Origin: an uncultured bacterium
GTDB lineage: Bacteria; Patescibacteriota; Gracilibacteria; UBA1369; PNNO01
Direction of reading: 5' to 3'
DNA: 32,000 bases
Assembly (NCBI GenBank): GCA_963704705.1
Contig: OY969931.1
Coordinates: forward strand, 690,001-722,000
Of this stretch, positions 18,446 through 26,180 are shown piece by piece. Position 1 is the stretch's first letter; each line of letters opens with the position of its first letter. Position numbers and translations under genes: made by a program. Below the pieces are notes generated by a model. The model ran no database searches. It had not been told where the DNA came from and saw only the letters and a program-made list of their open reading frames with translations.

Positions 18446-19234
18446 TTATTTTGTTCTGCCGGCCTTCCAAGCCATATCGAATATTGCTTTATGAGTAGTG
18501 GCTATTTCATGACTTTCAAATACTACACCTAATAATTCGTTCTTAGCCAGGGAAACTATAGAAACTTTATCATTATAAATATTTATTTCGTTTTTAAATT
18601 TCATAATATCTTTAGGCATCCATCTGGCTTCAATCAACAAATCCTTTCTTTTACTTAAAGTTGGATATTCTTTATTGAAAAAAGCCCTAACTGTTTTTGT
18701 ATCTTCAACAAGAACCCTTACTGGTATTTTATATTTTTCAATTCTTAGTTTGGCGTAATCATGAATAAATCCCTGTAAATTTTTTGATGAATTCATCCAT
18801 GAATCATAAGCGCCCCATGCGCGAATAGGTTCAGTTGCAGTTAAAGTATCTTCCATAGCTCTTTTTATGCCTTCCTCTCCTTCATAAAATTTAACTTTAG
18901 GTTTGATACTTAAAGGATTTATTAAAGAGTAAAATTCAGGCAATAAATCCTCAAATTCCTTTTTATGGTCATCCATTTCTTTTTCTCTTCTGCTTAGATC
19001 CTGGACTATTGTCTTTGGATCAGCTGCAGTGAAATACTTAACATCAGCTCTAACATGTTGATTAACATAACCTTGTTTAATTAAACTTTCTAAAACAAGA
19101 TATGTGGTTGATCTGTTGATACCGGATTTTTTACCAATTACACTCGCTGGTTGCGATCCGAGTTCAAGAAGTGACAGGTAGACCTGCGCTTCTTTTCTAT
19201 TGAGACCAATTTTGTTAAGAATAGTTGTTAACAT
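18446..19234 (-). CDS. TrmB-family transcriptional regulator
   Basis: 262 aa. The N-terminal winged HTH is LNKIGLNRKEAQVYLSLLELGSQPASVIGKKSGINRSTTYLVLESLIKQGYV. Confidence 0.75.
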   Translation of the reverse strand: MLTTILNKIGLNRKEAQVYLSLLELGSQPASVIGKKSGINRSTTYLVLESLIKQGYVNQHVRADVKYFTAADPKTIVQDLSRREKEMDDHKKEFEDLLPEFYSLINPLSIKPKVKFYEGEEGIKRAMEDTLTATEPIRAWGAYDSWMNSSKNLQGFIHDYAKLRIEKYKIPVRVLVEDTKTVRAFFNKEYPTLSKRKDLLIEARWMPKDIMKFKNEINIYNDKVSIVSLAKNELLGVVFESHEIATTHKAIFDMAWKAGRTK

Positions 19235-19328
19235 TTTTAAACTTAATGTTGTTTGTAATCACCAACAGGTCAATTATTGCATTTATAGAACAAAAAATCA
19301 AGTGATTACACTATGCTGTTATAAAACA

Positions 19329-19357
19329 TTGATTAGTTATGATCTTTGGTATAGAGT
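19329..19357 (+). promoter_or_regulatory. Candidate promoter TTGATT-17-TAGAGT
   Basis: ttgatt at 19329-19334 and tagagt at 19352-19357. The predicted start falls at the foot of the 19360-19409 hairpin. Confidence 0.35.
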
Positions 19358-19363
19358 GTGTGT

Positions 19364-19461
19364 GCAGCTAGATAGTTGAGCTCTCAAGCAGACTCACATC
19401 TAGCTACACCAAAAGAGTAGAAGCCCAAAAAAGTAGAAGAAGAGCGCGCTTCTACTTTTTT
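19364..19461 (+). ncRNA. Candidate small RNA or tyrS leader of about 100 nt (hairpin, single-stranded A-rich linker, intrinsic terminator)
   Basis: The first hairpin pairs AGCTAGAT (19366-19373) with ATCTAGCT (19398-19405), plus 4 more bp beyond a 2-nt bulge, and has a 24-nt loop. It is followed by the duplicated box AGTAGAAG (19416-19423 and 19432-19439) and a terminator. I did not recognise any known family. Confidence 0.3.
19427..19461. terminator. Intrinsic terminator hairpin flanked by A6 and T6
   Basis: AGTAGAAG (19432-19439), a 9-nt loop, CTTCTACT (19449-19456) and then T's up to 19461. It lies 50 nt upstream of the tyrS ATG. Confidence 0.6.
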
Positions 19462-19510
19462 GCATATAAAAAAGGTGATAATATGCATAAGGTATAAATA
19501 ATATTTAACT

Positions 19511-20710
19511 ATGATAAATACTGATGATAAGCTAATTAATGCTACTTTAAGCAGGGGAGTTGTTGATGTAATACAAAAAGAAGAATTAGTTAAAAAACTC
19601 AAATCCGGCAAACAATTAAGAATCAAATTAGGAATTGATCCATCAGGAGCTGACTTACATATTGGTCACATGGTTGTTTTAAAGAAACTCAAAGAATTTC
19701 AGGATCTGGGACATCAAATAATATTACTTTTTGGTAATTTTACTGGGCAGATAGGTGATCCAACAGGAAAAATGGAAACAAGAAAAACCAAAACCAAAGA
19801 ACAATTAGAGAAAAATGCAAAAAAGTACATAAAACAAGCAAGTTTCTTTTTAGATGTTGATAAAATTGAAGTCAGATGGAATGCTGACTGGCTTGAAAAA
19901 CTCAATTTTGCTGATGTTGTTCAACTTGCATCAACATTTACTGTTTCTCAAATGATGGAAAGGGATATGTTTCAGGAACGTCATGCAAAAAATATGCCAA
20001 TTTTTGTTCACGAATTCTTTTATCCTTTAATGCAAGGTTATGATTCTGTTGCTTTGGAGGCCGACTTGGAACTTGGCGGGACTGACCAGACTTTTAATAT
20101 GCTTGCCGGACGAACAATCCAAAAAGCTTACGGAAAACCTCAACAAGATATATTAACTGTACCGATTCTTGAAGGAACAGATGGAGTTAAGAAAATGGGA
20201 AAATCCGAAGATAATTACATTGCTGTTGATGATGAACCAAAGGAAATGTTTGGAAAAGTAATGAGTATTCCAGATGAATTGATTGTTAAATACTTTGAAC
20301 TTGCCACAAATGTAACTTTAGACGAAATCAAAATAATAGAAAAAGCAATTAGAGGTGGTGAAAATCCAATGATTTACAAAAAACAGGTTGCAAAAGAAAT
20401 TATTAAAATTTATCACGATGCTGATGCTGCTGAAATGGCAGAAGAGCAATTTACAAAAGTATTTAGCGAAAATAAACTTCCAGATGATATTGAAATAAGG
20501 AAAATTAATGCAGATTCAATTAATATTATTGAAATGATGGCATCTAACGATTTAGCATCATCAAAAAGTGAAGCAAGACGGCTAATAGAACAGGGCGCAG
20601 TAAAAATAAATGAAGAAAAAGTCAGTGATGTTGAAATGCAGATTGATCTTAAAAATGAAACTTTAATTCAGGTTGGAAAACGCAAGTTTTTAAAAGTTGT
20701 TAAAGGCTAG
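19511..20710 (+). CDS. tyrS: Tyrosyl-tRNA synthetase
   Basis: 399 aa. Has the HIGH-type motif (DLHIGHMVV), KMSKS as KMGKS, and a C-terminal S4 domain (SKSEARRLIEQGAVKINEEKV). Confidence 0.95.
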   Translation: MINTDDKLINATLSRGVVDVIQKEELVKKLKSGKQLRIKLGIDPSGADLHIGHMVVLKKLKEFQDLGHQIILLFGNFTGQIGDPTGKMETRKTKTKEQLEKNAKKYIKQASFFLDVDKIEVRWNADWLEKLNFADVVQLASTFTVSQMMERDMFQERHAKNMPIFVHEFFYPLMQGYDSVALEADLELGGTDQTFNMLAGRTIQKAYGKPQQDILTVPILEGTDGVKKMGKSEDNYIAVDDEPKEMFGKVMSIPDELIVKYFELATNVTLDEIKIIEKAIRGGENPMIYKKQVAKEIIKIYHDADAAEMAEEQFTKVFSENKLPDDIEIRKINADSINIIEMMASNDLASSKSEARRLIEQGAVKINEEKVSDVEMQIDLKNETLIQVGKRKFLKVVKG

Positions 20711-20723
20711 AATAATTGTTTTT

Positions 20724-22763
20724 ATGCTACAAACACCTCTTAAGGATGTCTTAAGAACCACAACCAGGCATTTAAATAAACTTAAAGATTTGGGTTTGAG
20801 AACCGCTGAAGATTTATTTAAGTATTTTCCGCGGACATACAATGATATGAGTGAAACAACCAAAATTGTTGATTTGCGAACCGATGAAGTAAATGTTGTA
20901 AAAGGCACAATCTCAAATTTGTTTATGCAGCGTACTAAGCACGGTAAATATCTAACAAAAGCTATTTTAACCGATGATACAGGAGCAATTGAGGTAGTTT
21001 GGTTTAACCAGCCGCATATAAAAAGAATGATTGCAAACGGCAGCCAAGTTGTTTTAACAGGCAAATTAAAATATGCATTCGGCAAAATGACTCTGCAAAG
21101 CCCTCAAATGGAAATGCAAAAAGAAGAGCTTATTCACAGCGAACGGATCGTGCCTGTTTATCATGAGACTGAAGGTATTTCATCCAAATGGCTTCGTGAA
21201 AAAATAAAACCTTTGGTTGATGACTGGAGCAGCCATTTTAAAGAATATATGCCAATGGATATTATTGCTGAAAACGGTTATTTGACTTATAACAAGGCAA
21301 TTAAAAATATCCACTTTCCGGAAAATGAAGAAATGTTAAATTTGGCCCGTGAACGCCTGGCATTTGATGAGCTTTTTTTGTTGCAACTTAAAGCATTGCA
21401 AAAAAAATGGTATTGGCAGCAGATTGCTTCGGAAGAACAAAAACAAATTCCTCAAAACATAGAATTGATTCGGGAATTTTTAAGCAAACTGCCTTTTGAA
21501 CTTACAAATGCACAGAAAAAAGTTTTATATGAGATTTTGCAGGATCTTGAAAAGCCTTACCCAATGAGCCGCTTGGTTCAGGGAGATGTTGGTTCAGGAA
21601 AAACTATTGTTGCAGCAGCGGCAATATTGAACACCGTAAAAGCAGGCTTTCAATGCGCTTTAATGGCACCAACCGAAATATTGGCAAAACAGCATTACTT
21701 AAGCATTAATAAAGATTTAAAACCTTATGCTTTAAATATTCAATTTGTGTCCGGCAGTACAACGGATAAAAAGAAAAAAGAAATCATTTCGCAAATGAAA
21801 TCAGGTACTGTTGATATAGTTATTGGAACTCATGCATTAATTCAAGAAGGTATCGGATTTAAAAAGCTCGGTTTAGCAATTATTGATGAGCAGCACAGAT
21901 TTGGTGTTAAGCAACGAAGTATTCTTAAAAGTTTCGGAAGCCCGCATTTGTTAAGTCTTTCTGCAACACCTATCCCGCGAACATTGGCTATGACAATTTA
22001 TGGAGATCAGGATTTATCAATCATTGATGAAATGCCGAAAGGAAGGCAAGAAATAATAACCAGACTAATTCCCGAGAAAAAACGTATTGATGCTTACAGA
22101 TGGATTGAAGACCAGGTTCGTAAAGGCCGTCAGGTGTTTGTTATCTGCCCCCTAATCGATGAATCTGACACACTTGGAGTTAAGTCGGTTAAAAATGAGT
22201 ACTTGCATTTAAGCGAACATATCTTCCCTGAATTTAAAATCGGATTATTGCATGGAAAGCTGAAATCAACTGAAAAAGAAGAAATAATGAATGCCTTTGA
22301 TGCCAATGAAATAAATATTTTGGTATCAACTTCTGTTGTTGAAGTTGGAATTGACGTTCCAAACGCTACAATCATGATGATTGAAGGCTCAGAACGCTTC
22401 GGCCTTTCACAATTACACCAGTTTAGGGGGCGTGTGGGTAGAGGAGAGCACCAATCATACTGTTTCTTGTTCACAAATTCGGAATCTCAGGAAACAAGAC
22501 AGCGATTAAATGCAATGGTTCTTCATTCATCTGGATTCAAACTAGCTGAAATCGACATGAATTTGCGCGGAGTGGGGGAGATATACGGTGTGAAACAAAG
22601 CGGAATACCTGACTTAAAAATGGCTAATCTTTCTGACAGCAAAACAATTGAAAAAGCCCGTAATGAAGCAATAAAAATAATTGAAAAAGATCCGATGCTA
22701 AACCAATATCCAAAATTAAACGAAAAAATTTCTGAATTTGAAGATGTGTATGTGAAGGATTAA
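20724..22763 (+). CDS. recG: ATP-dependent DNA helicase RecG
   Basis: Has a wedge domain, GDVGSGKT, DEQHRFGV and QLHQFRGRVGRG. The track ORF begins at a TTG (20697) inside tyrS. The ATG at 20724 (MLQTPLKDV...) fits the usual RecG N-terminus better. Confidence 0.9.
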   Translation: MLQTPLKDVLRTTTRHLNKLKDLGLRTAEDLFKYFPRTYNDMSETTKIVDLRTDEVNVVKGTISNLFMQRTKHGKYLTKAILTDDTGAIEVVWFNQPHIKRMIANGSQVVLTGKLKYAFGKMTLQSPQMEMQKEELIHSERIVPVYHETEGISSKWLREKIKPLVDDWSSHFKEYMPMDIIAENGYLTYNKAIKNIHFPENEEMLNLARERLAFDELFLLQLKALQKKWYWQQIASEEQKQIPQNIELIREFLSKLPFELTNAQKKVLYEILQDLEKPYPMSRLVQGDVGSGKTIVAAAAILNTVKAGFQCALMAPTEILAKQHYLSINKDLKPYALNIQFVSGSTTDKKKKEIISQMKSGTVDIVIGTHALIQEGIGFKKLGLAIIDEQHRFGVKQRSILKSFGSPHLLSLSATPIPRTLAMTIYGDQDLSIIDEMPKGRQEIITRLIPEKKRIDAYRWIEDQVRKGRQVFVICPLIDESDTLGVKSVKNEYLHLSEHIFPEFKIGLLHGKLKSTEKEEIMNAFDANEINILVSTSVVEVGIDVPNATIMMIEGSERFGLSQLHQFRGRVGRGEHQSYCFLFTNSESQETRQRLNAMVLHSSGFKLAEIDMNLRGVGEIYGVKQSGIPDLKMANLSDSKTIEKARNEAIKIIEKDPMLNQYPKLNEKISEFEDVYVKD

Positions 22764-24085
22764 TGAAATCTCACAGTTAGAACTCCTCCAACATTAAATC
22801 CAAGTTTGTCGGGTTTACTTCTTGCAGATTCTTTTCTTTCTGATACTGATCCATACAAATCCAAATCTATGTTATTACCCAAAGGTACTGAAAAACCTAG
22901 ATTTATATTTCGTTCCTTTGGACCATTTTTGATTTCGGTTTGGCTAACCCCTGCTCTTAACATAGAAACTTTACCTTTTCCAAAAAGATTAGGTAGTTTT
23001 AAAATTGCATTTAAATTATACATTTTAACATTTCTAATAAATAAACCTGGCTCAGCTTCATAATTCGGCGAATATCCATATAAGAATTCAAGAGTTAAGT
23101 GCGGATTATTAAAACCTTTTGGAATAATATTTGAATCAATTTTTATTACTCTCAAGCCTTTATTACTAATACCGGCTCTAACTGAAAATAATTGACCATA
23201 ATCTTTAACTTCATATTTATAATCTGCTCCAGTAAAAGCTTCAATTTCGTACCCTGTACGCTTAATTTGCATTATCCCATCTGCGAGTTTAGTAGAATTT
23301 AAACTTAATAATGTTCCGAGTTTTAGTTTCCCGTTTAGTAATTGAAAAACAGACATTATTTGCGCACTATCTAAATTCATTTCATTGTTAATCATAAATC
23401 CAGGTGCGTTTCGTATACTTTCTTGCAATTTTTCTATACTATTTTCTAAATTCTCAATTTCTTTTGAAAAACTAGCATTTTTCTGAGTTAACTCAATTAT
23501 TTTAAAATTCAGTTTTTTTATCTTTTGGTTAATTACTACTATATTTTTTTGTGCATCTGGATTATCTCTTTTATTAGATAACTTTAGTATTTCTTTTTTT
23601 AATTTAATTTTTTCTTCAACTAATTTTTGTTTTGTTTTCTCTAATTCATCGTCTTTTAATTCATCTAACTTATCATTTAACTTTTTTATTTTCAATTCTA
23701 TACTTGATAAATCTTTAAGTGCTAAAATTATCTTTTGGTTTACAGTGTTAAATTCTCGTTGGTCAATTTTTTGCCTTAAATGGTTTGAACGATTTCTGAA
23801 TTTTTTAATTTTATTAATCATTTCTACTATAGCAAGATTAAATGCTTGTAATTGTTTTCTGGACCCCATTACGTCATGAATTTGATTAACAGCTGTAAGT
23901 TGAGCTTCTTTCATTGGAGATGGATTACCTCTCATTGCAAGCATGTCTACGTTTCTTTTTTTAAATTTATGAACTGCAGTAGCAGAAACTTTTGTTTCTT
24001 TTTTAGCAGGTTTATCTTTAATGCTTTCAGGAGATACAGGCATTTTAAAAACCAAAAATCTTTCAGTAAAAAATGAATCATGCAT
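22760..24085 (-). CDS. Hypothetical protein: basic N-terminus, about 130-aa Lys/Glu/Ile/Leu coiled coil, C-terminal domain of about 200 aa made of amphipathic beta strands
   Basis: 441 aa with no signal peptide or TM helix. The heptad-like part is KIKKLNDKLDELKDDELEKTKQKLVEEKIKLKKEILKL...IENLENSIEKLQESI. The C-terminal strands alternate in polarity: YEIEAFTGADYKYEVKDY, QLFSVRAGIS, HLTLEFLYGYS, NINLGFSVPL, IDLDLYGSVS, and the protein ends LGFNVGGVLTVRFH. Confidence 0.6.
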   Translation of the reverse strand: MHDSFFTERFLVFKMPVSPESIKDKPAKKETKVSATAVHKFKKRNVDMLAMRGNPSPMKEAQLTAVNQIHDVMGSRKQLQAFNLAIVEMINKIKKFRNRSNHLRQKIDQREFNTVNQKIILALKDLSSIELKIKKLNDKLDELKDDELEKTKQKLVEEKIKLKKEILKLSNKRDNPDAQKNIVVINQKIKKLNFKIIELTQKNASFSKEIENLENSIEKLQESIRNAPGFMINNEMNLDSAQIMSVFQLLNGKLKLGTLLSLNSTKLADGIMQIKRTGYEIEAFTGADYKYEVKDYGQLFSVRAGISNKGLRVIKIDSNIIPKGFNNPHLTLEFLYGYSPNYEAEPGLFIRNVKMYNLNAILKLPNLFGKGKVSMLRAGVSQTEIKNGPKERNINLGFSVPLGNNIDLDLYGSVSERKESARSKPDKLGFNVGGVLTVRFH

Positions 24086-24413
24086 TATCCAGCTTTTTTA
24101 ATAAATTTTCAATTTTTTTTGAATTATTTTCTTTTTCAGCTTTCTTTTTTCTTTTTAATTTTTCAGATTCTTCTTCTCCTTCTATTTTTTTATTATATAT
24201 GTTAAAAACTTGCGCAAGTAAACCAGTTATTAAATCTTGTTCAATCAAGTGATTCCTCTTTTCAATTTCTGCATTTGTAAAAATATATGCTAATTCAGTC
24301 ATTTCTTTTTTATTCATATACATCATCTCGCTCAAAATTTCATTTTTTTGAGTTTTTGTTAAATAATTCGCATTAATTACAATTTTCAATAATTGTTCAA
24401 CTGTGATTTGCAT
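24078..24413 (-). CDS. Hypothetical small helical protein, translationally coupled to the 441-aa gene
   Basis: 111 aa from the ATG at 24413; the track ORF starts at a TTG at 24443. The C-terminus is Lys/Glu-rich. Its stop overlaps the downstream ATG (ATGCATGA at 24085-24078). Confidence 0.5.
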   Translation of the reverse strand: MQITVEQLLKIVINANYLTKTQKNEILSEMMYMNKKEMTELAYIFTNAEIEKRNHLIEQDLITGLLAQVFNIYNKKIEGEEESEKLKRKKKAEKENNSKKIENLLKKLDNA

Positions 24414-24478
24414 AAATATAATTATATTTAATTTATAGCACAAATATGCCTAGAAATCAATCACGTCCAGGTGTAAAT

Positions 24479-24506
24479 TTGACTTATATAGCTATTCGAA
24501 TATATT
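24479..24506 (+). promoter_or_regulatory. Sigma-70-like promoter TTGACT-16-TATATT
   Basis: ttgact at 24479-24484 and tatatt at 24501-24506, 26 nt upstream of the ATG at 24532. Confidence 0.4.
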
Positions 24507-24531
24507 TATATCTGGTAATTAACTTCAACTT

Positions 24532-25858
24532 ATGAATAATTCAGCTACTAAATTTTTTGCTGTTTATGATGATATCGAACCAAATGCAATTCAAATAGCT
24601 CAAAATGCTTTTATGCAGGATTCAAAATCGGCAGGTGCAGAAGTTGATCCATCTCAACGAAAACATAGTGCAGCTCAGGGATTTTTATTAAATGATGTTG
24701 CTTCAAATAATAGTGATTTAGATGGAAATCCTATTAATAACAATTTAGGATCAATCTTCGAAATGAAATCAGTAAGAAAAGCAATAAAACTTTATGATGA
24801 AGATATCACAACTGATCCTGATAAAAGAAGATACTTGGGACCTGGAGATCCACAACTTACAACTGTTGAAGCGGCTACTAAAGAAATTATTTTTGGAGAA
24901 GTGGATCCTCGAATAGTTACTGTACCTGTAGCAGGAATGGCTGTTGGATTTAAGGAAGCTGCTGAGCTAATTCAAAGAGAACATCCAGAAATTGATACAG
25001 TTATTAAAGGTTCAAATGGATATGGTGGTTACAATGGGCGTTTTAAGTAAATTATTCAAAAACTTGCTTTCGTACAGACATTCAACTGATGACAATAAAT
25101 TTGATTTTGATTCTTTTGAGAAAGCATTAAGAGATTTAGAAAATCCAGAGAAAGTTATGCTACTTATGCAGGCTGATGCTTATAATTATATAGGAGTTAA
25201 TCCAACTTCTGAGCAAAAGAAAAAAATAGTAGAACTACTTGAAGAACTTGGTATTTTTGTATTAGTTGATAGTGCTTACCAAGGCTTAGTTAAAAGCGTA
25301 GATGACGATGTAGAATTGGCTAGATTACTTGCTAAAACAAAGGTGCCATTTATGGTTTATGATTCTTATTCTAAAAAAGCACAGCTATATGGAATGCGAA
25401 TTGGCTTTTTACATTTTGCAACAGGTGATGAATCACAAGCTGCAATATTGCGCAAAAATCTTTTTGCACAACTAAGAAATAACCTGTTAACAGGTTCAAT
25501 TAATTTTAGAATTATTTATCAATTATTAAACGATTCTGAGTTAAAGAAAATTTGGTTAGAAGAAGATGTTCCAGCAGCAAGAAACATTTTAGTTAATACA
25601 AAAACTGAAATGTCAGAATTATTAGGTACTGGATTCGAATTTGTACATCCTAATGTTACTCAGGGAATGTTCAATGGTGTGCCAATAACTCACGAAGGTG
25701 GTAAATGGATGCAGGAAAAAGGACTTTATGTTGTTAATGCAAAAAATGAAGATACAGGTAAAGAAGCCCTAAGAGTAAATATGGGAAGTCTGGCAAAAGA
25801 TTCCCGCGAATATATTGCAGGAATAATTAAAGAGGCTCACGAAAAATATCCTGCTTAA
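24532..25858 (+). pseudogene. AspC/TyrB-like class-I aminotransferase split by a +1 frameshift near 25036-25047
   Basis: Track ORFs 24532-25050 and 24992-25858 are the N- and C-terminal parts of one protein. The second carries VDSAYQG, SYSKKAQLYGMRIG (PLP lysine) and LRVNMGS, colinear with E. coli AspC FDFAYQG, SYSKNFGLYNERVG and GRVNVAG. The first ends ...GSNGYGGYNGRFK*. The +1 frame continues GVLSKLFKNLLSYRH...FDFDSF, aligning with the AspC stretch ...SVFNSAGLEVREYAYY...LDFDAL. Confidence 0.7.
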
Positions 25859-26142
25859 ATTTCTTCGCGGATTTTTTTAATCATTGGATGATTTGATCCT
25901 TTAACGGTATCTAGCAAATGCTCTAAGCCATCTTCAATGGCATGTCTTATAAAAGTTTGAGTAAATCCTATTGCAAAACCATCAGGTGAATCTGAATAAA
26001 TAAGTGAAGCTATTGCTAATTCTAACATTTCTCGTCTTCTATTTATTGTTTCAGGGTGATATGTGCCAAAAACTTTATCTGAGAATTCAACTTCTCGGCT
26101 TTGATCCATAGCCATTTTACTAAGTGATTGTCTGTTATTCAT
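25855..26142 (-). CDS. Hypothetical 95-aa protein downstream of pabB
   Basis: The evidence is an ORF only. It has the same orientation as pabB and lies 38 nt after it. No family was recognised. Confidence 0.4.
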   Translation of the reverse strand: MNNRQSLSKMAMDQSREVEFSDKVFGTYHPETINRRREMLELAIASLIYSDSPDGFAIGFTQTFIRHAIEDGLEHLLDTVKGSNHPMIKKIREEI

Positions 26143-26180
26143 AATAAATAATTAAGGTAAATTAATTTATCGTATTGAAC

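Noticed and set aside
19261-19320. SRP (4.5S) RNA, because of ACCAACAGGTCA
   Set aside because: Only a short resemblance to the CCAGGUCAGG segment exists. There is no GGAA tetraloop, no symmetric-loop motifs and no long helical hairpin.
19235-19510. A T-box riboswitch upstream of tyrS
   Set aside because: I could not find the conserved T-box 14-mer (AGGGUGGNACCGCG-like), a UGGN antiterminator bulge, a GA/K-turn motif or a convincing UAC specifier loop. The distance from the predicted promoter to the terminator is about 100 nt, which is far shorter than T-box leaders. A covariance-model scan is still needed.
20697-20723. The TTG start of recG inside tyrS, and similarly the TTG start at 24443 and the extension at 12885-12935
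   Set aside because: The downstream ATG codons give N-termini that match family expectations and leave sensible intergenic spacing. The longer forms are most likely artefacts of longest-ORF calling.
20690-21085. 131-aa minus-strand ORF and the other internal antisense ORFs (3310-3525, 4469-4789, 7797-8162, 8966-9190, 9329-9517, 11526-11729, 14547-14780, 19384-19626, 19714-19905, 22130-22474, 22806-23063, 23852-24076, 26590-26778, 27478-27672, 27701-27961, 29042-29383)
   Set aside because: Each lies entirely inside a well-supported gene with clear family motifs, either on the opposite strand or in another frame. They are stop-poor shadow frames with no recognisable motifs.
25030-25050. A programmed +1 ribosomal frameshift in the aminotransferase gene
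   Set aside because: There is no recognisable slippery or hungry-codon context like prfB (CUU UGA) and no upstream SD-like stimulator. A mutation or assembly error is the simpler explanation.
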